From Sphaerodactylus townsendi (lineage: Eukaryota): 64,000 nt of DNA. Shown piece by piece: positions 1 to 10,916 of this stretch (position 1 is its first letter; each line of letters begins with the position of its first letter). The DNA lies in assembly GCF_021028975.2 (NCBI RefSeq), contig NC_059440.1, positions 32,426,001-32,490,000 on the forward strand, given 5' to 3'. The translations under genes and the position numbers were made by a program. The notes under the pieces are model-generated. The model ran no database searches. It saw only the letters and a list, made by a program, of their open reading frames with translations, and was not told the origin of the DNA.

Positions 1-1179
1 TCTCTATTTTGAACTACACTTCCCCAAATGCACCGGGGAAAGGGAGTACGAAGCCCGGAAGGAACACTGGGAAGGGACCACGTGCCCAGCTGTGCGCTGA
101 TTGGTTGTCTGCTGTGAGAGGTCCGGGACTTTCGGTTGCAATCTCTAGAGCAGGAGCGAAAGGAGAGCAATGACAGCGGCTGGCGTCGCGCTGCCCCTGT
201 TGAAGCAATGCCTGATCAGGCGGAATGGTCAACAGGAGCAGTATGGAGTGGCTGCCTCCCGCCTGCAGGAGTTGAGGAGCAAGGGTGAGAAGCTTTGGGA
301 GGGAGTGATAGGAGTAACCTATACATCTTGCAGGCACCGCAGGTAGAAATTCCACCGGTGGGGCTTCACGGGAAGAGCAGCACTTGTTGAATTCCAGCCT
401 GTCACACAGCTATTAAAGGCCGATGACCAATAATACGTCTGACGTTGGGGGTGGGGGTGGTAATTTGGTATGGCTACTTTTTAATGCTGGATTTTTAGTA
501 GGTATGGTGCAATTCTTTCTTGTATTATTTATTTAAAAGAGTATTGTGTGTGTGTGCTTAAATTATTTATATTTTTTCTGACTGAGAAACCCTGGCTATT
601 TTTCCCCCTACACAGAGAAGAAATAGTGGGATTGATAATTATTTAGATAGCAAAATAATAGCACATAGGTACTAATAAAAAAAATACGTCCATACAAGTT
701 TGTGGAACTGAAGTGGAAGAGAAGCTGCATGAAGTGTTGCTGACTATTGTTTGTTAAAGCCGGAGTAGTGATCTCTACCTGTTCATTCCAAAAGAGCAGC
801 AGTGTTTGGACATCTTGTAAGAAAACAGAATCCCTTTGGGGGGAAAATGCTTCTGTCCAGGAACATGTATATTTTGCAGCCTTTAGCTGCAAAATCAAAT
901 GAAAGAGAGCTTAAATAGAACTGGAGAGGAATGTGGACCCAGCAAAAGAGAGAAGAGATCAGGTCGAATAGTATGTAGTCTGAGGAATGAGGAACTGCTT
1001 TGAAATGTGATTTCTCCTGTGTCATTGAAAGGAAACTGGAAAGGGCAGGGCTAGGAAAACCACAGGAAATCCTAGAAACAGTTATGCTGTGCAAATTAAA
1101 GAGAAGGTAGAAACCTGTAAATCTTGAAGGATTTGCCCAAGACAATAACATGTGGCAAGTTATTGAAGGCCAACCTATT

Positions 1180-1365
1180 GTTTACTTCGTTTATACCTCA
1201 CCTTTCCATCCAATGAGTACCCTTAGCAGTTAACATTGTCCCCTCCTCCATTTTATCTTCACAACAAACCTGCGAAGTAGGTTAGGCCATGTGACTGGCC
1301 CAAGGTCGCCCAGTTAGCTTCCATGGCACAGGAGAGATTCGAACCTGAGCCTTCCGGAGCTTCTC
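1180..1365 (-). mobile_element. old MIR/CORE-SINE fragment
   Basis: tgactggcccaaggtcgcccag CORE-like segment and gattcgaacct B-box-like motif. Confidence 0.6.
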
Positions 1366-2438
1366 CAACAATTTGTCCAATATGCCATGGAGCCTATCAG
1401 AAGCAAGACAGCCTATCAGAAGCAAGAACAGCTCCGCTCCAGTAGCTACTGGGAACGTGTCAAGGCAGATTAGAGTCTGCTACTCTTGTGAAGGAGTGGG
1501 GAATCAGACCTGGTTCTCCAGATTAGAGTCCATTGCTCTGTTAGGGATGAGGATAGATGCTTCAGCAAAACCTGCACTACTTGTAGCAGAGACCCCAATT
1601 CTGAGTGCTTGCCTGCTGTACGTAGCAAGATAATTGCACCCATGATTCATGGCCTGGAGCAGCTCTGATTCCAGCAGTTTTGGGATTGCATCTCTTCTGC
1701 CGTTCTCTCATCACTTGTAGGCAGAGCAAATTAGCTGGAGGTGACAACTGTGGCTCCAAGCAAGGAATTCCACAGATGGGAATAGTCCCCACCCAACTGT
1801 GTGCTACTCTCCTTAGCCATTTGCGGCATGTCCTTTGGAAGAAAGAAACCGACTCCTAGTTTGCTCGAGCTTCATTAAGCAGCAGCTGAAGGCAGTCTTG
1901 ACTTGCAGAAGCAAAGAGCTGATTGCAGACCCCCTTTCTGGATGGTGAGCTTTAATAAAAGCACGCTCTGTTTTTCTTCCTTCTCTGTTCAGAGAGGTTT
2001 CTGCGCGTTCTCTCCACTGAGAGCATGCATTCCTGATCTGACCAATAGCTCAAGTTCAGGAATAATAATTTAAAAATGGAAATGGAAAGAAGGTATGGAT
2101 TTCTATTCAAGTCAGCCAGCGATCATCCCCACATCATGAGGCAGCACATTCCATAAATGAATTATGTGTTATAGGAAGAAACACTTCCCTTTTTTTCAAT
2201 CTTTGCTGCCAATAATTTTTAAACTAATCATAAAAAGGTAATAAAAAATCTACTGCCAATCCATTTCATTGGGTGTCCGGGGATTTTATGAACAGAGAAC
2301 CAATTAGCCACACAGCTTCCAGTCTCTCCTTCTCAGCATTAATTGTTAAGACCATCGGAGAGGAGGAAGTAATAGACAAAATGGCCGACAAAGAAATGTT
2401 AAATAGAAGACTGTCATCACAACTCTTGTTTTCCACAG

Positions 2439-2600
2439 CTTGTGACCTGCTTGCAATTGACAAGAGCTTAGGCCCCATCACCTTGGTATTGGCCAAAGAT
2501 GGCACCATTGTGGACGACGAGGACTACTTCTTGTGTCTGCCACCAAACACCAAGTTTGTGGTGTTGGCGAAGGATGAAAAATGGTCCAGCAGCCGTGTAG
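2439..2600 (+). CDS. DFFA: DFFA (ICAD/DFF45) exon 2, CIDE-N domain
   Basis: ttccacag|CT...GTAG|gtaggt; 162 nt; CDLLAIDKSLGPITLVLAKDGTIVDDEDYFLCLPPNTKFVVLAKDEKW has the CIDE-N signature. Exon 1 not found in the window. Confidence 0.96.
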
Positions 2601-3387
2601 GTAGGTCATCGTCTGTTTGAACTGTAATGCCAAAGGAAGGAGAATACATTTTCTGAGCCACTCCTTTAGCTAATTCAAATTCTCCGCCAAGAGAAGCAAC
2701 AGTAGTTATACATCTCGGAGAAGGTTATGTTGCAAAATTCCTTCGGTTTGTGCTAATCAAGTGGAGTTGGGCATTTGACCCATCAAAAAAGATGTCATCA
2801 ATTCACTGGTGAAGTGCTTTTAAATAATGGTCCAGTATTTTCAGTGCTATACTTTTACTAGAATACCATTAAAATATATTTTATCAACAGATTTGATCCT
2901 TATGCTAATTATGAAAATAAATGTTATCGTGGAACAAGGAAATAAGTTTCAAGAAATGTAATAGATCGACAGTTTCATTTATGTCCATGAGCGGACTACA
3001 GCAGTTTTTGCCTCTACTAATAGCTTGTGTTTCTGTTCAGAAATATGAGCACTGTTGAGGCAAAGGAATTCCTGTGTGACTTTCCTAACAAGCACACCAC
3101 AGTGAAATAAAGAAGGCAAGCTGTTGTCTACATTCTTGGTTTTAGGGCTGTATTCAAATAGCAGGCAGGTCAGTGTCCAGTGTTCATGAAGTCTAAGGGG
3201 AAGGGGCTAAGAACTTTCACCCAAGGAAGCCTTTGGGCTCTGAGAATTCAGTGTTAGAATATTCCAACCCTAAATCTCTCTTTGTTCATCCAACATTTGC
3301 TTTCCCTTCCAATGCAGAAGCAATCCAAAGATGTCTTCTATAGCTGCTGCTCCCAGCCCCTTTTCTTTGTGAGATTGTGTGTTGCTA

Positions 3388-3445
3388 CATTGCAGGGGGT
3401 TGGACTGGATGACCCTTGGGGTCTCTTCCAACTCTGTGATTCCAC
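3388..3445 (+). mobile_element. CR1 LINE 3' terminus
   Basis: gggggttggactggatgacccttggggtctcttccaactctgtgattc, a typical CR1 3' end. Confidence 0.7.
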
Positions 3446-3879
3446 TGTTCCTGCTAACCTTCTGCTGCTTCTGTGTTTCTGCTGAGAACCACACCCCCTG
3501 CTTTTAGTTTTTTTAAACTAATGCTTTCATGCTGCTCTGTTTCTCTGTATGCCCCTAGTAGATTCATTTGCTAATTTTGGTATTGATGGCTTTTGTTGTC
3601 GTTACAACTTTAAGAGTTGAATTATTTTTATTTTTTGTGAAATGGGCTTGGGCAGGTCTATGAGAAAAGGCACATAGTTTTTAAAACAGAGAAAGTGTGA
3701 AGTCCTTATTTATGTTATGTCCTGTTCATGTGTGTCTCTAACTTGTGACTAAAGGAGGTTAGACTGTTGCTTTAAAACTCCAAAGAATCTTGGACCTTCT
3801 TCAGCAATACTTGACGGATCGTGGCACAAGAGATGCCCCAACTCTTTGCTGTTTCTGCTGACAACTGTGCCTCTTTTAG

Positions 3880-4019
3880 ATGGGGGCACAGCTTGGCTCC
3901 AGAGAGAGACCACTGAGACAGATGGAGCAGACAGCAAGGGAGAGAGATGGCGGCACCTTGCCAGACAACTGAAGGCTGACCTCTCCACCATTATCTTGAT
4001 GTCAGAGGAAGACCTCCAG
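3880..4019 (+). CDS. DFFA: DFFA exon 3
   Basis: ttttag|AT...CAG|gtattt; DGGTAWLQRETTETDGADSKGERWRHLARQLKADLSTIILMSEEDLQ. Confidence 0.95.
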
Positions 4020-4414
4020 GTATTTAAAAAAAAGGCTGCACAAGGAATACTCAAAATACATTTCCTGCCATCCACTTGTTAACTCTGAGAAGAGTTAAAG
4101 AATAAAATATGACCGTATACCCATATCTGTTGGATGCCCGTTATCAAAACACAAGAGTTTACAGGAAGGCTGTTTACCAGTATCAAGTTGGCTATCTTCT
4201 GTGAAGTCACCATTTGCCACATTTGGCAGTGAGGGATTCACCAGGAGGGAATGGCCAGTGAACCTCTGCCTGCCTTAGACAAAGATTGTAAAGAATTATT
4301 TGTTTTGCTCTTTGTTTGTTTTAAAAACAAGTTGTCCTAAATTGCAAGATTTTAACCTATGTACCAAGCTATAGTAAATAAAAATGACTGACTCTGTAAT
4401 GGCATTCCCTAGTC

Positions 4415-4818
4415 CAGTGGTGGCGAACCTATGGCACGGGTGCCAGAGGTGGCACTCAGAGCCCTCTCTGTGGGCACACGAGCACAGAGTTTGTCATGTG
4501 GGGGGGAAATCACCCCCCACACACACATCTGGGCTGGGCTGGGCCGCTGGACTTGATGTGCATGCACCTCAGCGAGGAGGGGGACTCGGCTGGCGGGCCT
4601 GGTGCCTGTGCTCCAGGTGGCTGCTGCCTGGGGGGAGGGGGCAGACATGCTCGAGAGGTGCAGAGCAGCGCATGTGGGACTTGCTGGAGGCTACAGCAGG
4701 CTGGCCCCTGCTCAAGGGGGTTATTCAGGTTAAATTGCTGCGTTGGCACTTTGCGATAAATAAGTGGGTTTTGGGTTGCAATTTGGGCACTCGGTCTCAA
4801 AAAGGTTCGCTCTCACTG
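4415..4818. mobile_element. non-autonomous hAT DNA transposon (404 bp)
   Basis: TIRs CAGTGGTGGCGAACCT / AGGTTCGCTCTCACTG; perfect 8-bp TSD CCCTAGTC (4407-4414, 4819-4826). Confidence 0.88.
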
Positions 4819-4921
4819 CCCTAGTCCTAGAAACATACTTTAGAGATAAGAGAAAATGTTCTGTATCTTGTAAGGACAGAGGTCCCTTTGTTGCCGTCCC
4901 AGTGCTACTGTTTTATTCCAG

Positions 4922-5111
4922 GTGCTCATTGATGTACCGTGCTCAGAACTGGCTGAAGAACTTGCTGAGAACCAGCACAAAATCCAAACTCTGCAAGACA
5001 CTCTCCAACAGATGCTGGACAGGAGAGAGGAGGAACGGCAGTCCCGGCAGCTTCTCCAACTGTACCTGCAAGCATTGAAAAATGAGGACAGCGCTGTACC
5101 AACGGCTGCAG
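4922..5111 (+). CDS. DFFA: DFFA exon 4
   Basis: ttccag|GTG...GCAG|gtatgt; 190 nt; VLIDVPCSELAEEL...LQDTLQQMLDRREEERQSRQLLQLYLQALKNE. Confidence 0.95.
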
Positions 5112-5611
5112 GTATGTGGCTGTCAGCAGAAGCCTGGGCGGGCTTGCTAGGAAGTATTGCAGTGTCGAAGGAACGAAAAGGAGGAGTCTTCGAATAATAT
5201 GCACAGTTCATTATTTAACACCAGAAAGGTGCCAGGTATGGTATGTAGCATTGAACACCGCCACTAAGAAACTGTACAGCCTAAATCAAAGAGAGAATTT
5301 AGTCAAGGTTTGACAAAATGGTTTTAACTTAAAGGAAAAAGAGAATTGTTTTCAAAACCCACAAGCTGCAATTATTCTGTGCTTCAAACATAGTATTTTT
5401 CTTCGGGTTTTTGCGTAATACCTGAACCAACAGCTGTTTGGGAGAAGCAAGGACTTGCCCGGAATTTCATACATTTGATTGCTCTCAAGCCTGCTGCACA
5501 TCTGCCAGAGAGGGCTTTTTGATAACCCAGAGCTATTGTTGGAAAAAGACAGGGTGATCTCATCATGGCTAAGAGAATTGAAAACTTAACTGGCACCTTC
5601 TGCATTGACAA

Positions 5612-5882
5612 AAGAAGAGTTTAGACTTATACCCCCACCCCCTCTCCTGTAAGGACTCAATTTGCAAACTCCTTTCCCTTCCTCTCCCCACAACAAACAC
5701 CCTGTGAGGTAGGTGGGGCTGAGAGAGTCCTGAGAGAACTGTGACTAGCCCACGGTCACCCCGTAAGAATGCAGGAGTGCGGAAACACATCTGGTTCACC
5801 AGACTCTGCCGCTCTTGTGGAGAAGTGTGGAATCAAACTCGGTTCTCCAGTTTGAGTCCACCTGCTGTTAACCACTGCCCCA
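5612..5882 (-). mobile_element. Squam3/MIR-like tRNA-derived CORE-SINE
   Basis: reverse complement of the family at 6390; (CTT)n tail at the left. Confidence 0.85.
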
Positions 5883-6107
5883 ATAAGTGGACATCTTCAA
5901 AAATAGACAGAACATGGGCTGTTTTGTGCACTTGAATTATATGCTGGAGTTGCCAGAATTGGACCTAAATATGAAATGCATGGGTTTCTCTCCTCATGCA
6001 AAATACCTGAGGAATTTCTGAAAGGAACCAACAGTTTCAGTAAGGTTGACACATCGAGGTTTCTCGCCCTTTTTGTTAATACACCCCTGGTTTCCATCTA
6101 AATCTAG

Positions 6108-6262
6108 AAGCAGAGGAAACTACCACCGACGGAAAGGTTACGGTTGATCTTGAGAGCAACAGCGGAGGATCTGCCCCCACAACTCAGCTCAGCAGCCAAA
6201 CCTTGACACAACTCAGGGAGAAGGCAGCTCCGGAACTCAGCCTGGCCAGTCAGGACTTGGAG
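6108..6262 (+). CDS. DFFA: DFFA exon 5 (start ambiguous: 6108, 6111 or 6114)
   Basis: tandem acceptors TAG-AAG-CAG; encodes ...LTQLREKAAPELSLASQDLE; donor GAG|gtgggt. Confidence 0.9.
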
Positions 6263-6389
6263 GTGGGTAAACCTAGAGTAATTAGCCTGCCTAGAAAGGT
6301 ATAGGCATAGAAAGGAATAACTGGTCTAGGTCTTGGGCAGAGAAAGACCTGAGACATTTTTAACTAGACAGGCTGGGGACTGAACTGGA

Positions 6390-6690
6390 GAGCCAGCAGG
6401 GTGTAGTGGTTAAGGGCAGATGCATTCTAATCTGGGAAACCGGGTTTGATTCCCTGCTCTGCCACTTGAGCTGTGGAGGCTTGTGGAGGGTGAACCGGAT
6501 TAGCTTGCGCACTCCCACACACGCCAGCTGGGTGACCTTGGGCTAGTCACAGTTCTTCTGAGCTCTCTCAGCCCCACCCACCTCACAGGGTGTTTGTTGT
6601 GGGGGGGGGGAAGGGAAGGGAGATTGTAAGCCCCTTTGAGTCTCCTTACAGGAGAGAAAGGGGGGATATAAATCCAAACTCTTCTTCTTC
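6390..6690 (+). mobile_element. Squam3/MIR-like tRNA-derived CORE-SINE
   Basis: A-box gtgtagtggtt, B-box ggtttgattcc, CORE gctgggtgaccttgggctagtcac, tail ataaatccaaact(ctt)n. Confidence 0.9.
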
Positions 6691-6815
6691 TGCCTGCAAC
6701 CCACATGTTTCACCACAGAACCATTTCTGGTTCTAGCAGAAGAGGTGAGGACTCAGAAGCAGGCACAGACACTGGTGTGACTGATGGACTGTTTTCCGTT
6801 TGTTTCCCATTGCAG

Positions 6816-7019
6816 CTGGTTTCTAAAAATGACCCAGAATCCCTTGCTCTGGCCCTGAACTGGGACAAGCCCAAGACGGAGGCCTTGCAGAAGGCATGCC
6901 AAGAGGAGCTTTCGCGGCGTCTGCAACAGGTGCAGGCTCTGCACGCCTTGAGAAGCATCTCGAAGGGCAAAGAGAAGCCGCCTTTGAGAGACTGGTTGAG
7001 CCCCAAGCGCAAGAAGTAG
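6816..7019 (+). CDS. DFFA: DFFA exon 6 (last coding exon, C-terminal basic NLS PKRKK)
   Basis: ttgcag|CTG; LVSKNDPESLALALNWDKPKTEALQKACQEELSRRLQQVQALHALRSISK...PKRKK, stop TAG 7017-7019. Confidence 0.95.
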   Translation: MVSKNDPESLALALNWDKPKTEALQKACQEELSRRLQQVQALHALRSISKGKEKPPLRDWLSPKRKK

Positions 7020-7820
7020 GAGGCCGCGGCAGCTGACACTCGAAGTGGCCAGGAAGTAGAGACTCGTTCCAGGAAAAGTCTGGGTGGCTTTCTGTACTTG
7101 GATTTATAAACTAACTGAGCATGTCAGTACAGAGAGTCCTGTGTAGCCAAAAGGTGTTTGTCATTCCACAGGGCGCCGTAACTTGCCAGTTCTTGAATCA
7201 CGGGGGGAAAGCTACTTTTTAAATCTTCCTGCAGATTATTTGGCACAAGCCTTTAAGGACCTGTCCGAACAATTCCTGGAGAGCATGATGTTAAAGCAGT
7301 CAGAAAAAAATGCTATTTTAAGTAGGATGGAGAATCTTCTGGGCTGAGGGGAGCCCAGTTGAACACACATGCTGAGCTTCTAGCTGTCATTTCTTTCAGC
7401 ACCCAGGAATTCCTGATTTGCAGTCTTACTTTCTGACCACTCCTCGCCTTCGTCTCTCCCATGGCTTGATGTACCACCACCTCATTTAAACAAGAGGTTG
7501 TCTTTGCCTGCTAAATCGTTGCTCCCCTAGAACATAATGTATCTTTTTATTGCTTCCCTTCACGTTTTCATAGACTGGGTGGGGCCCTATTTCAAAAATC
7601 ACCCCCCCCCCCCAGCAGTTCTCAGCTGCTGCCTCTGCCTTGTTGCCTTGGCTGTTTCTATAGGAATCTATCAACGTTTTTAAAGAGCTATAAGACGGCA
7701 TCCAGGCTTTACTTGGATGTAAAAACACGGGACAATCACTGCTCTTGCTAACGAAAGAATAATATGGGTTAGATTAAGTTTGCTAAAAAGTCACTTCTTT
7801 ACATACTTTCTAAAATTGGC

Positions 7821-7826
7821 ATTAAA
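7821..7826 (+). terminator. candidate DFFA polyadenylation signal ATTAAA
   Basis: ATTAAA ~800 nt after the stop, followed by T/GT-rich sequence. Confidence 0.35.
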
Positions 7827-9270
7827 GATTTTGTATCATTTGATTAACTTGTGCCTACCGCATGATCTTCTAGCCATTTCAGTTTAGGTATTTCATCAGA
7901 TAAGCGTTGACCGTGGGGGGGAGGGGAGAAACCAATGGCAAGATGCTTCTGATATAATCCACTTCATACAAAAACTGGTCTCAGCAGAGTTCAAATATAC
8001 CCCAGCAACTCTTTGAAAAGACACTGCACAAGGAGGCTCTGGATGAAATATTGCTAGTGCAGGATGGGCTCCGTAACCACACTTCTCGTTCTCTCTGCTT
8101 AAGAATATAACCCAAAAGGTTAGTTATGCACAGCAATATTTTATTTCTGTGTCAAGACAGTTGGATGCGGGGACAAAATCCGGCAATGGCAAACAGCAGG
8201 GGGGAAAACAGGCATGTTGAGATGACATTCTGTAGTTGGATTGGCTTGAAATCATCTGTGAGGCACTGCTGAAGTGTTTCCGTCTCACATACAAAACCTG
8301 ACAGTTCACTTGAGGCTACGCTGCTTGGCAGAGGGCACTTTGACCTGCCAACAACAATCTAATTTGCCCCTTCCTCCCCCCAGTTCCGTAACTGCATCAA
8401 GGGCTACTAAACAGTGTGCTCTACACGACCATCCCTCTGAGAGGACTGTTAGATCTGAGTCCAGCAGGACTTCAAAGAGACCAACAAGAATTTCAGGGGA
8501 ACTGAAATCATTCGAAGAGCGTTCTGCTGTTGAGCATAGGGGGTCTTTGGACATAGAAACAAAGGCCATGCTAGTGGGTGTGCATGCCAGGAAATGAAAT
8601 CCACAAGCCCTTAGGTAAATCTATTTAACTTTGACTGTGCCCCTCACCCCTGACAATCTCTGTTTAAAGGTATATAGCAGTCACATTCACTCATGGTATA
8701 TATACACAGGAGTTTGAATGAAGGATTCCTAAAGCGGGAGAGCAGAGCAAACAAAATATGTTCATGCCCATCATTTACACAGGACTGTCGTAACAATGGA
8801 ATGAAACCAGTCTTGGTCTCAATAAGGCCTGGGAGTGGGGAGTGATTGATCCAACCCAGTGGTGAGATTGTTTGCTCTTTTTGACTAGACTAGATCCTAT
8901 TTTCTCACATTCTCCACGCAGTGATGTCACAGCCCAATTCCTTGATTGCTCAGTCTCCTGGCGTTACTGTATAATGATTTACCCACCACCCCTTTCTTCT
9001 GTTTGCACCAGTGTACACACCTGCCCTCGGAGAACTGCGCACCTAACAATGTGGACTGTGGTTCACAAAAGCTTTTGCCACGATAAAATTGGTTTAGTCT
9101 TCGGGTGCTACAAGATTCTTTGTTTCCCTGGGACTAATTATTGATGAAAGGGAAGGGGAAATAATGTAATTTACACGACAGTAGTAGCTCCCAAAGAGAG
9201 CCGTCACTGATTGTACTCATCTCGAGAGAGTTCAGTGGAGCTAAGGAAGCATTCCGGGAACGCAGTCCTG

Positions 9271-9477
9271 TTAGCAGGAGGAGAACGTCTTCCAGAAGAA
9301 GTTCTTGCAAGATGCCTTTTCCCGAGCTGGGGGCTGTGGAAAGGTCGCTCGTTCTTGCCGGGGACGGAGGTCAGTCCTCTCTTGCCTTGACAGGGGTGCC
9401 TCATTCACGTGGGATGCCCAGTCGGCCAGCCCAGATAGGAAGGCGAGCACTTCACTCCTTTTTATGTCTGCCGGCAC
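9271..9477 (-). CDS. CORT: cortistatin / somatostatin-2 precursor exon 2 (mature peptide)
   Basis: tttcag|GTG; ends ...PAREKASCKNFFWKTFSSC-TAA, somatostatin-family CKNFFWKTF core; lies between DFFA and CENPS as for CORT. Confidence 0.96.
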   Translation of the reverse strand: MPADIKRSEVLAFLSGLADWASHVNEAPLSRQERTDLRPRQERATFPQPPAREKASCKNFFWKTFSSC

Positions 9478-10367
9478 CTGAAAATACTTGAAAAGTAAGC
9501 AGAGGCAATTTAAGTATTGCTACAGAAAGCCACTGTGGACTCTTTTAAAAATTCCACTCTAAACCTTTCAATCAAAAAGCCTTTATTTAAAAAAAATGAC
9601 AAAGGCAATCAGCTAATAAACTATCTGGTTTCTTCACTGTAGATTATTCAATAATTTGGATGAAAAGTATCATTTTAATGGTGAATTTTATGCATTGGTT
9701 CTTGGATCTTTTTCAAGAGAGAGTACAGTAAATCAAGCACTCAGGAGTTGAAAAGTCTTAAAAGGACTCCTCTAATGACTGGGTTTTTAAAAAAAAATCC
9801 CATAGCAGCACTCAATTATATTGATAAATGTGGAGCTTTAGTGTATTATCTTTGAAAGCTGAAACATATACAGTGGAGATCTGAGAGCAAGCTCACCCAT
9901 ATTTCAAACCAACTCCGCCAACAAAATATACCTTCACTCTTGAAGCTGTGAAACACTTAAATCCCTATTTTCTGTACTTGAGTTCCACTCATCATTAATT
10001 TCATTCCACCTAATAGGAAAGGTCTCTGCCACCCACTAAAGCAGCAAAACCGATCAACTGGCAAAGTAAGGATTTCTATATTCAGGGTTTCCATATTACC
10101 GTATTTTATTTAGGATTGCATTTGATTATTTAGTTTCTATTTATTGGCAGTCCTAATCAGAGATTTTTATATTGTGGTCTTTTGTGTGTGTGTGTTTTTT
10201 TAAAAAAAACCTGTTGTTTTATTAACACTGCAAGGCACATTCTGCAAGGTTAAAAGGTGGCTAACAAATGTTTTTTTTAAAAATAAATAAAATACTTGGG
10301 AGGCTCCCTGGATGCACAAATATATGACTGCGTAAATTAACCAAGAGCAAAAGAAACCCCAGTACTA

Positions 10368-10598
10368 CCCTGTTTCCCCGAATATAAGACATCCCCTAAA
10401 AATAAGACATAGTAGAGGTTTTGCTGAAGTGCAAAATATAAGGCATCCCCAAAAGTAAGACATAGCAAGGTTTTTGTTTGGAAGCATGCCCGATGAACAG
10501 AACACAGAAAAATAAGACATCCCCTGAAAATAAGACATAGCGCATCTTTGGGAGCAAAAATTAATATAAGACACTGTCTTATATTCGGGGAAACACGG
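10368..10598. mobile_element. Tc1/mariner-superfamily (Tc2/pogo-like) MITE, copy 1
   Basis: TIRs CCCTGTTTCCCCGAATATAAGACA / TGTCTTATATTCGGGGAAACACGG; TA TSD; internal AATAAGACAT subrepeats. Confidence 0.85.
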
Positions 10599-10685
10599 TA
10601 CCACCGATGGCTTGAGGAAGCAAAGAAGGCTTCAGGAGCAAAGAACTGAGTAAATTAACCAAGAGCAAAAGAAACCCCAGTACTA

Positions 10686-10916
10686 CCCTGTTTCCCCGAA
10701 TATAAGACATCCCCTAAAAATAAGACATAGTAGAGGTTTTGCTGAAGTGCAAAATATAAGGCATCCCCAAAAGTAAGACATAGCAAGGTTTTTGTTTGGA
10801 AGCATGCCCGATGAACAGAACACAGAAAAATAAGACATCCCCTGAAAATAAGACATAGCGCATCTTTGGGAGCAAAAATTAATATAAGACACTGTCTTAT
10901 ATTCGGGGAAACACGG
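10686..10916. mobile_element. same MITE, copy 2 (part of the tandem duplication)
   Basis: identical to 10368-10598 at offset 318. Confidence 0.85.

Noticed and set aside
1-460. GC-richer stretch with a 113-aa minus ORF, considered as DFFA exon 1 or a TE
   Set aside because: No DFFA N-terminal CIDE sequence in the frames I checked and no recognisable family; left unannotated
6390-6460. tRNA-like A/B boxes (many copies)
   Set aside because: SINE heads; no complete cloverleaf
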